From positions 5,766,001 through 5,830,000 of the forward strand of contig OX337228.1 of NCBI GenBank assembly GCA_946965045.2: 64,000 nucleotides of DNA, written 5' to 3'. Below, piece after piece: positions 1 through 12,200 of this stretch (position 1 is its first letter; each line of letters starts with the position of its first letter). Made by a program: the position numbers and the translations under genes. The notes beneath the pieces are model-generated. The model worked only from the letters and a program-made list of their open reading frames with translations, did no database searches and was not told where the DNA came from. Source of the DNA: Epithemia pelagica (Eukaryota; Protista; Bacillariophyta).

Positions 1-802
1 ATAGTCTTTGTAACGAAGGAATCAAGCAAGGGAGTAGTGTTTATAAGAAGCGAGAACCACCACACTGAATGCCAACGCCAACACAGTATAAAAGGGCCCA
101 AATGGCCAAAGACCAAAGACTTCTTTCAGTCAAGCTATCTGAAACAGGACCAGGAAGTCAGAGACGAATGCGTGATCTGTCTTGGGCTGTAGTCCTTTCC
201 ATGGAGAAGGGGATGCAACATGCAACCCTCTTTGTCGTCGTCGTCGTCTCTTCGTCAGTTCGTTGGCGAGAGAGGGTCTTTGGTGTGGTCTTTGTCTTTG
301 GTCATGCCGCTCTCATTCTCGCAAGAATGCCTCCCTCTGTCGCACGCACCCTACACACTGTACCTATAGTACCTCGTACGTGCGACCGCTTAGGTTCCAT
401 TCATGGGCGCTTCATCGCCCTGCCCTGCTATCTCACAGGCCCTTTTTCCAAAGGCACGGGCACGGGCAGGTGGAAGGAAGTTTTGAATAACAAGGCGCGA
501 TAAATAATAGTAACCGTGGCGCGCGCCGCTCTAACTTGGGCGCAATAATCTAAAGCAGACAACACCAAAACATCGATGTATGATCAATGCGACGATAGAA
601 GATAGAGGACCCAAGAAGTGTTGACGAAACGGAGAAAGAGAACTGTTCGTGGAACGCCAATCGAAGCATAGTTTCGATCCAACCAACCAGTGGGCAAAAC
701 TCTTTGGTCGACACGACATCCCCTCCCCCCGCATCGCGGTATTACTCCCAGCAGTCCAATCGTCCTCGTTGGTCACCAAGTTCTAGCACCACCATCATCA
801 TC

Positions 803-3800
803 ATGCCGGTACACAGCTTGGAATTGAAGAATTTCAAGTCGTACGGAGGCTCTCAGAGAATTGGACCCTTTACCAATTTCAGTTGCGTGATTGGTCCCAA
901 TGGTTCTGGAAAATCCAATATGATGGATGCCATAAGGTGAGTGAGTGTCTTTCGGATCGTCTGTCTCTCGTTTCCTGAATCTCTCACGCATTATCTTTCC
1001 AAAGCTTTGTGTTGGGTGTACAGTCCAAGGCCTTGCGATCCCAGCAACTCATGGACTTGATTCATCGGGAACCTGGTACCGAAACCTCCAAGACGCGAAC
1101 CTCGGGGGCTTCTGTGACCTTGTTCTATCGAGTGACAAGAGAAGACGAACGTTTTGAGGATTCCTCCATGGACATGGGAGACACTATCGATGGTACTCCC
1201 GCATCGTCTCGCCGTCGTCGTCCAGCACCTTCCACCAACGAGAAGGACCACGATACCGATGACGCAACGGGCCACATGCTTCAATTCAGTCGTTCCATTA
1301 GTCCCAATGGTGTAGGGGAATATCATTTGGATGGAAAACATGTCACATGGGCTGTTTACGAGAAGGCGCTTTCGAAACTGGGGGTTCTTGTAAAGGCACG
1401 CAATTTTTTGGTATTCCAAGGCGATGTCGAAGCCTTGGCCCGCAAAACGCCTACCCAACTGGTCCAGTTGGTGGATGTACTGTCGGGATCGGCAGCCTAC
1501 CAAAACGACTATGACGCAGCTCTCGCGGAACAACAACAACGACAGCAGGCCACGGTTCTGCAATGGCAAACGCAAAAGGGATTGCGGCAAGAAAGACGAC
1601 TCTTGAAACAACAAAAACTAGAGGCCGAGCGATACGAAAAACTCAAACAAGACAAGCGCGAACTTCAGACTGAGTTTTATTTGTGGCAACTGTACCATAT
1701 TCAACAGGAAATGGAGAAACGTCAACAAGACTTGAAGGCGGCCCAAGAACATGTGGAGAATTTGCAAGGCCAACAAGAGCAGGGACTAGAAAAAGTGAAA
1801 GCGGTCAAGAAGGACTTATCGACCATTCGACGGAAACTCGCGCATCGACAAGACGAAGATTTGACACGAATCTCTTCCATTTTGGACACCAAAGAGCCAG
1901 CGCTTGAAGCTGTCAAGGCAGACCACGCCGATTTGAACAAGAAGATACAAGCCGATGAAAATGCTTTGGCCAAGGCCCGTAAAAGAGCGGAATCACATGC
2001 CACCGAGTTGAAAACCCTTGTCGAAGACTTGGAAAAAACCAAAGCCGACTTGAAGGTTCTCGAAGAAGAGTACGAGCGGGTCAAGGAAGAGGCAACCCGG
2101 GTCAAATGGACGACGGAACAAGAGGAAGAGTACGAACAAGTCAAACGGCAGGCAAAGGCTGCCAGCGCACAACGAGTAGCAAAATTACAACATCTTGTTC
2201 AAAAAATGAACATGCTAAAGCGAAAATCTGATAACACGGATAAAGACTTGGAAGATATGCAATCACAGCTTAAAAACTTTCAAGAGCAGACCAAGAGTTT
2301 CCAAGATCGACGAGATGATCTTGCTCGCGTATGTGGTTTGTCTGCAACGTTTCTTTACAATGTCTTTCTGTGCACTCACAACTATTTTTCTTTGACATAC
2401 AGAAACTGGAGGAGGTACAGAAAGAGGTGAAAACGTCGGAGTCCGATTTGGTGCAGGCTCAGAGAAAGAATCGTGCATCAGCTCGTCGTAAGCAAGAACT
2501 CGATATACAGCTAGAGGAAGTTCAGGCGCAGCTGCGCGATGCCAAGGCTGTCTTGCGAAGGAATAAAGACGAGGAACGCTTGTACAAGACTGTCAGGAAC
2601 TTGAAAACCTTCACTTCGGTGGGCGTCTATGGTCGCTTAGCCGATCTTTGTCGACCGATACGGAAAGAGTTCGACATGGCTGTTACCGTAGCTGCTGGAA
2701 AAGACATGGATGCAATTGTTGTGGATACTCCTCAAACGGCACAAAGTTGCATTCAGTACTTGCGTGAACAGCGTATCGGTACGGCAACTTTCTTGCCGCT
2801 GAGCCAACTGCAAGTCCCCACTCATGAGTCAACCCAACATCTTCGAGCCATGATCGAATCTGATTCAAGATTCCGTTTGGCGGTGGACATCATTGATATT
2901 TCTGATGATTATCCCAATGCGGACCTACGCAAGGCGGTTCAGTACGCCGTCGGCAATACGGTTGTTTGCAATGACATGGAAGGCGCGAGAGAATTGTGCT
3001 ACCGTCGCAATCAGCGCATCAAGGCGGTCACTTTACAAGGAGCAGTCATCAGCAAAGTTGGTACAATGACTGGGGGAAACACCCGTGATGACAAATCAAA
3101 GAACCTGTGGAAAGCCGCGGAAGTCGATAAGCTCCAGACGAAGTATGACGATTTGGCGGAAGCTCGCTTGAAACTAGATCAGGATGAAAGCCAGCACGAT
3201 CTTCCAGACTTACAAAACCATTTGGGGACCCTCAAGAACAAGGCAAACTTCATTAAAACGGATCATCAATACACAGAAAGTCAATACGAAGAAAACCTCA
3301 AAATGGCGGAGAACGTGGAAAAGCAAATCCAAAAGCTGAAGCAGGATCAGCAGACCGCGGAAAGCGCCGTTGCAAAAATGGAACATGAGGTTCAAGAAGC
3401 GCGTCAAGAAGTCGCATCCGTTGAGGAACAGTACTTGCAGCCATTTCGTGAACGAACGGGACTAACCGATTTGAAAGCGTACGACGAAGCTATGGGGAAG
3501 AGTCGAGAAGAGTTTCAAGAAAATAAGAGAGTCCTCGTGGAACATTTGGCAGCTCTCGAGCAGAAGAAAGAACATGAAGAAGCACGTGACGTCGAAAAAC
3601 CTATTGATCGCATTGAGAAGCGTGTTACTGAACGCAAGAAAGCCGCAAGAACAGCTCTTGATAAACAAAAGGCGCTTGAGAAAGAAATCGGGGAAGCAGA
3701 GAAGGAAATGAAAAAAGCGCAAGAGGCCGTCAAAGAGTTGGAAGAAGAGGAGAAAGAGATTGTAGGTCGGGTGAAGGAAGCCCAGCAAGAATTGGATGTG

Positions 3801-5138
3801 GCGAAAAGTGCATACAAAAAGGCTGGTAGCGCAGTGGCTCATCAAGAAACAGCACTTGAACGATTGCGAGGGAAATTACATGAAACTTTGCAGAAAGCAC
3901 GAGTTGAAGAAGTCGAGCTTCCACTCAAAGATTCGGAGGAGGAAGAAGACGACCATGATTCGGAGGGTGAGGGTCCAGGACGAAAAAAGAAACGTCGCAA
4001 GCGAAGGGATGATGATGAAGACTCAGAGCAGTCCTCGAGCCAAACCAACGACACACAGCCTTTTACTCAAGACACTCAGTCACGTACCCATTTCTCACAA
4101 GCTGAAAACGCTGTGGTTGTTCGTGATCGCGAAAAAGCTGCGAAGATGGATTACTCGGATCTGCGGAAGGATCTCAAGCAAAGCCACAACGAAAAGGAAG
4201 AGCGCAAAGTGCACAAGGAATTTGATGAAACACTCGCAAAGCTGAATTCTGAAATCGATGCAATGACTCCAAACATGAAAGCCGCAGCGGCACTTGAAAC
4301 ATGTTTAGATAAACTGAAGGAAAGTTCTTCAGATTATGAGGAGGCAAAATCTGAGGCGGCGAAAGCATCCCAGGAATTCGAACGGATAAAAGCAAAGCGA
4401 ACCCAGTTGTTTTCAGAAGCCTTTGATCAAATTGATGAGTCTCTGAAGACGATCTACACGGACATGACCAAGAGTAGTAAGCACCCACTTGGGGGGAACG
4501 CATATCTGAGTTTGGATGAGACTGAAGAACCATACTTGGGGGGCTTAAAATTCAATGCAATGCCGCCCATGAAGCGGTTCCGCGATATGGAGCATCTGTC
4601 AGGTGGCGAAAAAACTGTTGCAGCTCTCTCTCTCTTGTTTGCGATTCACTCGTTTCGACCTGCTCCCTTTTTCATCATGGATGAAATTGATGCGGCACTG
4701 GACAATATTAACCTACGCAAGGTCTGCAATTACATCAGGCAACGCAGTCGCAGCGATTTTCAGTGTATTGTAATATCGCTGAAAGATATGTTCTACGAGC
4801 AAGCCGATGCGATTGTAGGGATATGCCGAGATGCTGGTACCAATTCGAGTAGAACACTCACTTTGGACTTGACTCGGTTTGATCGCCCGACGGTAAGAAG
4901 TTCGAAGGGAAGCGTATCTACAAACAACCGTCGAACCTCGAAAACTTCTGGCTTGACACCAAGACGACAAAGAAAACGAAGCATGATTGCTGATGAGGAT
5001 GATAGAAGCACCGAAGAACAGGAACCACGGAAAGAAGAGGAGCCAACCCCAGTCGCCAAGAAAAGTCGATCAAGCTTGAATTCTGAAGATGAGGGTTCTG
5101 TACAGAAGGGGGATGGCGAGGAAGAACTTGAAGATTGA
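803..5138 (+). CDS. SMC1: Structural maintenance of chromosomes protein 1 (cohesin subunit), 3 exons
   Basis: Exons 803-936, 1005-2328, 2403-5138 (GT-AG introns of 68 and 74 nt restore the frame). N-terminus [14 protein letters not shown] with Walker [10 protein letters not shown]; hinge [10 protein letters not shown]; C-terminal head [20 protein letters not shown] and Walker [21 protein letters not shown] is typical of SMC1. Confidence 0.97.
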
Positions 5139-5202
5139 CAGGAGACCGTGACTATAGACTTTTTATAGGCCTGTTGAATACAGTCTGAATATACTAGTGG
5201 TA

Positions 5203-6150
5203 TCAGTTTGCGTTTCTCCATCGTCCACCAGCTGACTCTCCCCTTTTGAGCTTCAAGTCATTCGATCCAGCCAACGTGGACCTTCGGGGCGGGGCCATGT
5301 TACTGCCTGGAGCAAGACTAGCCGGTCCTCCTACAGTAGATGATGCTGATCCACCTGCAGAAGAAGATGATGGTTCACCCATAGATATGGATCTACCTTC
5401 CAATGATTTCGGCTTCCACACTTGTGTGTTTCGGAAAGAAGATCGATCTGCCAGAGAGTTCTGATGGGGCTTATACTCCATGTTGGCATGAGGAGGCAAT
5501 TGCAAGCACTTCTTGATTGCATCGCGAAGTCGCTCCACCATCTCTCTATCCGCTGCAGTTCTGTTCCACACACCCAAGATATCTTCGGCGTAGCGGATCG
5601 ACAGGACAGCCCCGCATACCTCACCGTCTGGGATGTGCGACCCTAGTTGTCCACCCATGAGTGCTAAAATCATTTCTTCCCAATAGCGGCTGGCCAATCC
5701 TTTCGGCAAGCGAACAATCCATTTTCCGCCTTTTGCATTTCCTGGGTCCTCCCATGTTGGCTTGATTCCACCACGAAAGAAGTGGTAATCCGTTGTGGTC
5801 GGTAGATCTGACGGTCTACAACCATACAAGGGAACCAACATAGTCAGGAATCTGGTTTTCAATCGTTGAACAACGAAACTTTACATCCCGACTCACCTTT
5901 TCAAATAATTGTATACCTCCCAGAACGATTCGACAGTGGAGACCGTTGCAATCGTTCGGATGGAACTTTCGTATGGGTTCACAGCATTCGAGTTGGATCC
6001 AGCATCTGCTTGCTGCTGTTGTGTCGGTGTGGACCCCGATTCTTCGCCACCCTTACCATTCGCTTGGGAACCTGTCGCTGCAGCCGCAGTCCCCTTACCA
6101 CGGCGCATGAACGAGAAGCAATAGGACGTTTGAAGAGCGGTCTCCACCAT
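5203..6150 (-). CDS. eIF4E2: Class II eIF4E (4EHP/nCBP-like cap-binding protein), 2 exons
   Basis: Exons 6150-5897 and 5815-5203 (81-nt GT-AG intron). Motifs TVESFW, IKPTWED, GGKWIVRLPKGLASRYWEEMILALMG; Tyr at the W43 and W56 equivalents marks class II. Confidence 0.92.
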
Positions 6151-6538
6151 GGTTCGATCTCTCTGTCAGCTTTGAAGCTTGGTTCGGACAAAACAGGGGG
6201 TGTGTTCTTTGGATGGAATCTTCGGTGTACGAACGGGGGCGTGAGAGTGGGATGAAAACCAAAATTCCGGGGTGACATTTGTCTACCTATTACTCCTATA
6301 TTGGGGCTATCCAGATTTTGAAGTGAACCAAGATGGGAATGATCTTACCGAAAGACGACAGATACATGCGTAGAAAGAAATGCCATGAAGCATTTGGATG
6401 GTTGACGCACCTCCGAGGATCGAGAACCATCAACCAGAATAATTCACAAACCCCCGGTTCCGATGTGTCCCACAATATCAAGAGATCCGATACTCAAAGG
6501 ACTATCACGAGTTTGCAAATTGGACCAAGGAATCCACC

Positions 6539-7288
6539 ATGGATTCTCATGGCTCGCGTACCGATCAGAGTGCAGATTATCGGCGATTCCTTTCTAACAC
6601 AATGGGAAAGCCGAATCCATGGGAGTATGCGCTATTAAGTTTCTCTATTGCCGCCTTTCTCGGTGTGGTCCTCTTGGGACTATGGGTACTTTACGCCCAC
6701 TGCAAATCACGACCGCCCAAATTCATCAAAGGCCACCGGCCTTCTAAAGATCAGGGTATACCGGCAAACGAAACTGGATCCATGTCGGCGTGTTCGGATG
6801 TCACCACGCGAGACCTGTTGGCCACAGGTGGGGTGGACGGTATTCTGACTCAACGAAAAAATGGCATCGCACGCATTGATGAGAGTGACGAAGACCATGA
6901 TGAGCTACAAAGCCTGCCTGACTTTTGCTCCGCCCGAGGCGGCTTGAGTATTGAAGACGATGACAGCGTGGGCATTTGGGACTATTCGGTCCGTTCCTAC
7001 GCCGAAACTACACTTGGCGGTGTATCGGCGAGTGAGTACGCCAACACTTCTCATGCTAACGCTCGATCCTTGTCCTTGGGGTTTGCACAACAATCGTCGT
7101 CGGTCGTTCTTTCCACAGAATCCAACATGACTCACAACGTCGAGGGAGAGACCAGAACCACAGTATCCTCGGACGACAAGTCTGTTAGCTCCCCCACAGC
7201 GACAACTCCTACAATGACCCCCTACAAGGTCCGTGGAGATTCCCACATGAACCACGACCAAGGCGAGAAGGCGAGTTTGAATGTATAA
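6539..7288 (+). CDS. Hypothetical single-pass membrane protein (249 aa) with Ser/Thr-rich tail
   Basis: ccaccATGg start; one hydrophobic segment ALLSFSIAAFLGVVLLGLWVLY followed by basic residues; no family recognised. Confidence 0.65.
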   Translation: MDSHGSRTDQSADYRRFLSNTMGKPNPWEYALLSFSIAAFLGVVLLGLWVLYAHCKSRPPKFIKGHRPSKDQGIPANETGSMSACSDVTTRDLLATGGVDGILTQRKNGIARIDESDEDHDELQSLPDFCSARGGLSIEDDDSVGIWDYSVRSYAETTLGGVSASEYANTSHANARSLSLGFAQQSSSVVLSTESNMTHNVEGETRTTVSSDDKSVSSPTATTPTMTPYKVRGDSHMNHDQGEKASLNV

Positions 7289-7379
7289 ATGCTATATAGT
7301 CCATTAATACAAATACACCAACAAAAACTTCAACGAAAGCACTCCCCAAGCAGTTACCCATCAACAAATAATAATAGCT

Positions 7380-8363
7380 CTAGCATTTCCATCGCTTCCC
7401 GCAATTTAGGCAAAGCACAAAGACTGTCATGGGTTCGTCTGCCGAACGAGTCTGCTTTTGCGACGACGTTGTTTTGGTGCTCTTGCAGCGACCGCAGGTA
7501 AAGAGACTTGCCGAAAGCAAATCTCCCTTGATTCCACACATCTCGTTGATTTTCGACTCGTTCGCTTGCTCCCAGTCCAATCGTTTCGCATCAAGGACCT
7601 TTTGAGCCTCGTTTGCCTGCGCCTTTCGGGTTTCGGCAGATGCCAGTTCCTCGGATTTCAATTTCACCAATGTTTCCGACGGCACTTGACCCAGAATCAC
7701 TCCTTGTGTGAGCGGTGTGTTCTTTCTCAGATTAAAGACGAGAGTTCGACTCTTGTCGGCATATGCTTTTTTGTCGTTGGCATGCGTCGTCCATAAGGCT
7801 GTCTCGACCTCGGCTGCTCGTGGAGCCAACAACATGTCTATGGCATCAGCATTGATTCCATCCTGTACCAAGGCTTCGCGACTTGACAAGAATAATTCAT
7901 AAAACTTTTTGCAAATATTTTGCCGCATCGGTAACAAGCCCGCCCACTCTGAATGGGCGTTTGCTGACACTGCAGAAGACGACGATGCGGTCGAAGAGAC
8001 ACGGTTCAGTTTGTTGCCCGCCGGCGTTGTTTTCTTGGCAGGCGGTGGAGCGTCCGGTTTTGCAGAGGTGGACGGAGGTCCTGATTCTTCTTTTGCGGAA
8101 TCTTTGGCAATTTTCTTCCATGTTTTGATCATGGCTTTTGCTTTGACACCAAGTACGGGGTGTGTCTTGAAGGATGAGACCACTTTTCCAATCAAGGTCT
8201 CCGAAAGAATATCCAGGGTCATGGAGCATTCTGCAAGGCGATCCAAGAGATCCCGACATCGTTCGATAGAGGCTTCATCCTCATTTTCTTTTAAGGGAAG
8301 TTCTTTGTTCAAACCTTCCTTGATGGATTTGACAAGTTGCAACGTGCCTTTCTCGTTGCTCAT
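7380..8363 (-). CDS. TFIIS: Transcription elongation factor TFIIS (TCEA)
   Basis: N-terminal LW-like domain, central domain, C-terminal zinc ribbon CGRC...QTRSADEPMT...CLNC with the catalytic DE hairpin; first ATG at 8363. Confidence 0.96.
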   Translation of the reverse strand: MSNEKGTLQLVKSIKEGLNKELPLKENEDEASIERCRDLLDRLAECSMTLDILSETLIGKVVSSFKTHPVLGVKAKAMIKTWKKIAKDSAKEESGPPSTSAKPDAPPPAKKTTPAGNKLNRVSSTASSSSAVSANAHSEWAGLLPMRQNICKKFYELFLSSREALVQDGINADAIDMLLAPRAAEVETALWTTHANDKKAYADKSRTLVFNLRKNTPLTQGVILGQVPSETLVKLKSEELASAETRKAQANEAQKVLDAKRLDWEQANESKINEMCGIKGDLLSASLFTCGRCKSTKTTSSQKQTRSADEPMTVFVLCLNCGKRWKC

Positions 8364-9280
8364 GGCGAGGAGTGTGTGGACCAATCGATGAGAATGAGGT
8401 CTCTGTATCTGTTATGCGCGACCAAATCGATCGGCTGCAATACGGGTAGGTCCATATCTCCGTAGATGCCGCAAGAAGCAGTTTAGGTATTCTCCAAAGA
8501 GCCTGGTCTCTACTACAGCAGGTTGATAGCTCTATTAGAGACGTCTCGATTCGTTTCAACGCACGGTACCATGGTCACCGTTCTAAAGGTCGACAGCTAC
8601 TCTAGAGGTATGCTAGCCAGGGGCTACAATTGTATACCTACTCCTACAAAAAGGTATTTGGGATTTGGGATTTGGGATCAACGACACACACGGAACGCGC
8701 ACGACCTTCCTGTTCTCAGACGAAAAAGTGGTCGGGGGCCATTTTAATTCTTTAGTCTTGAGAGGTCGGCTTGCGGAAGACCCTTGGATGGAACGACTGG
8801 TCCGGTGGAGTGCAAACACGCCTTGCAGATGTCGGCACGAGCATCTCCCACCAATGAATGGCGAGGCCGTTCGTGTTTGTACTTAACGGCTGTTGTCTGG
8901 CCATTGGACGGTACGACCGTAGTTCTCCCTCTGGGTTTTTCGGTGTATGAGACCCGGCTGGCTTGTTTGGCTAGCAGTAGCATCCGTTGACAGATAGAGC
9001 CAACCATCGGACCATTGAGTGCCACAAGATTCAAACCATGGATCGGCCGGCGTGCAAGGATTGTACCTATCCTTGATCGAGGTGCGAGGCTGCGGAGCAG
9101 AAAAAGTGTGCAAGACAAGACGTGTGTGTAGACGACACACACAACAATGAGATCGAGAGGAGGCCCTTCGTTTGTTTCGAAATCCGTTGAAGTTCTCCTA
9201 AGAGAGACGACCAAGTCGATTGTGAATTGAGTGTCATTCAGCAAAGAGTAGTTGTGACGCGTTAAGCCATTGTGGATAGG

Positions 9281-12200
9281 ATGAAGGGTCCGGTGTTGGC
9301 GCCATCACAACAGGAAATGATGATGGAGAATCGAGTTTCCCTGAACAGTCCTCGTACTTCGAGTGCCACAAGTGAAAACCTCAACAATAACAGTCGCAAT
9401 GCGGGCACGAGAAAAGGAAGACGATCGACAGGTGTAATTGACCCTTGGTCGGACAGTTCGCCCTCGTCTCCTCCTCCGACAGGCAACAGTAGTCCTCTCA
9501 CAGGATCACCTACCAATGTGTTGCCACCAACTGTGCCGACCGATATTGTTCCGTCTCCTCGAACCTTGCAAACCAAACACAATGATAGCTCTGCCCCAGC
9601 AGGATCGGTTCGATCGAGAACGTCTTCGAAGGGGACGCTTGACTCCAACCTTGGCGATGTAGCAATGCCCCCGAACTCTCCAAGTCCTGGAAGGAGGCAT
9701 CGATTCAAAGAAATGCCCGTGAATGCACAGAAAGAACGAGCCAAGGATACGTCGAGTCTCCTTCCTCTTGCCGTTGCGTCTTCATCGAGCAATGGAATCC
9801 AACGTAGGGTGAGAGATCCTATAGAACAAGAACAAGCTCTCTTTGAACAACGGCTCTGTGAAGACGCATATGGTGTTGCCGTTCGAAAAATCAATCAATA
9901 CGGAAAAGCCAATCTACGCTATGTCAAATGCGTCCATATTGACGAACTCAATGATGCATGCAGCTCCAAGCGTAGTTTGTCGAGTCGTTCGGCCGGTGCG
10001 AGTACCAAAGGTCGAAGAAAAGCTTCTGTTCCGGATGTTCGAAAGGACCCCCAGTCCGAAAAAGCACGCCATGCACTTGTGTGGGGAAAGAAAAAAGATG
10101 TCCAAATCACCCTCGACCATTTCACGGCCGTCCGTATTGGCAAGAACACAGAAAGGGCTCGACGAAATCCTTCTCCACCCAGTCGCATTCTCAGTTTGTT
10201 AACCAACGATCCCAAACACCCGGCCTTGGACATTGAAGCACCGACGAGGATGGACCGAGACAAGTTTGCCCGTGCCTTTAGCCGATTCCTTGACGTTCCC
10301 TTGGAAGGTGACGACACCAATAGTGTGCATTCGGCCGAATACACGCCCTTGACCTCCAAGACCACACCGGAACCCTCGGCTTCGAGCTCGGCACCGGGAG
10401 ACTTGGCCACGGACCCTCCTCGCTTACCGAATGGTCTTCCGCTCGAACAAGCGCGCAAGGATACGGAGGTTCCTGCGACTCCCAATGAAACAACCAAAAC
10501 CAACAAAGACATTGGTGGATTCTGGCAAGGAGCTGTGGCAGCTGCCAATGCCAACCGTGATTCGAGCTATCAGTCCGCGTCGAATCAAACGGGCTCCATT
10601 GATGGATTCAATCTCAAAGCAGTCGTGGAGCTGCCAAGCGAAAAAGAGTCTGCTGAAGAAGACAAAGACAATGATACAGCCGTCTCATCGCTGACAGGAC
10701 ACGGTTACGATCAAGAATTGGTGGAAGAATTGCACAATGCTTTGAATGAGTTGCGAGTCGAGCTGGAAGATAGTCGAGCCGAAGCAGCCCGTGCGGTCAA
10801 GGTGGCCGAACAAGCCATTCAAAGTGCCGAGAAGACCAGTAGTCAAGAGTGGCACAACACAGTGACGCACAAAGCGGCTGAAGCTGCGGCGCAAGCTCAA
10901 AAGCGGTCCGCCGAAGCCATGGCCAAACAACGTGTCGCTGAAGAACGTCTCGAAAATGAACGTCGGACGGCAGCCTTTTGGAAAAAACAGGCCGAGGCTG
11001 CTGAGGAAGAAGCGGGGCTTCTCCAAACACGGGCTGCCGCAGCCGAAGTACAAAAATCGGCCGTCGTGGAACAGCTCGAAGGAGAACGCTCCATGTCGAA
11101 GACACAGATTGGAAATATGAGAGATCATATCAGTCGACTGGAGTCTAGTAAACTTCACTCCATGGAAGAAATGATTGAAAAGAACCGAGAACTGGAGCTT
11201 GAAGTGGAGGCTCTTCGACGAGATCGTTCCACCAAGGAACGCAACGAGGATCTTGAAAATGCCGGTGACAATCCTCGTGCTGGATCACGACGGAAGAAAC
11301 CCACGAATGTCCGCAAGAAAAAGAATGAAAAAGTCTTGGAAAGCGTTCAATCCAAAGGTATTGTTTCGGAAGCAAAAGATGCTCCTTTTGTGGAACGCAC
11401 GATGAAGGATTCGTCCAACACAGCGTCGGATGGATTCTCGTCGGACCAGATTTCAAAGCTCAAGGAGGAAACAGTTTTGGTGAGGCAACAGTTTGACACT
11501 CTGCGGAAAACAACGACTGCAGAGCTGTCGATCCTGCCTGAGATATCCAAGCAACTGACGGACCAGGTAGCTGGCACACTGGAGGCTTCCCAGGCGGAGA
11601 TTGATCGTCTTCGTGCGCGCTTGGCCATGGAGAGTGCTTCCAGGCGCAAACTTTTGACCGAAGTACAAGACCTTCGGGGCATTGTTCGCGTCTACTGCAG
11701 ACCGCGACCGCCGTCCAAAGAGGAAGAAGAATCGAGTTTTACCATGCCCTCTCAAGAGACCCTCGTGCTCCGTCTTGACTCTACCGACAAGAGGAAGAGA
11801 CAGCCAATGAGTTTTGAGTTTGATCGCATTTTTGATCCCACCTTGCCACAACAGGATGTCTACGGTGAAGTCCAAGAAGTTTGTCTCGGCGTATTGGATG
11901 GATTCAACATTACCGTGATGGCATTTGGTCCAAAAGGGTGTGGAAAGACAAGAACTATCTTAGGTGACATATCGTCTGCTAACGGTATTGTATCGATCGA
12001 AAACCATGGCATACAACTCCAAGCCCTGAAACAGCTGTTCACAATTGCTGAGCACAGGTCCGAACGATTCAAAGACACATTTTCATTGTCAATTGTGGAA
12101 GTCCACGATGACCGATTATCGGACATGCTGGTTGGGACCACAAGTGGCGACGCCAAAGGACAGTTGATCGTTGCAGATTCTTCCTCAAGTAGAAGAAAAA

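Noticed and set aside
1-503. ORFs 69-503 and 182-490 (+), and a possible minus-strand TM-like exon near 30-125
   Set aside because: No recognisable motif, and I could not build a consistent spliced model on either strand.
8744-9244. 166-aa minus-strand ORF in the TFIIS/kinesin spacer
   Set aside because: TTG start, no homology cues; more likely promoter/UTR.
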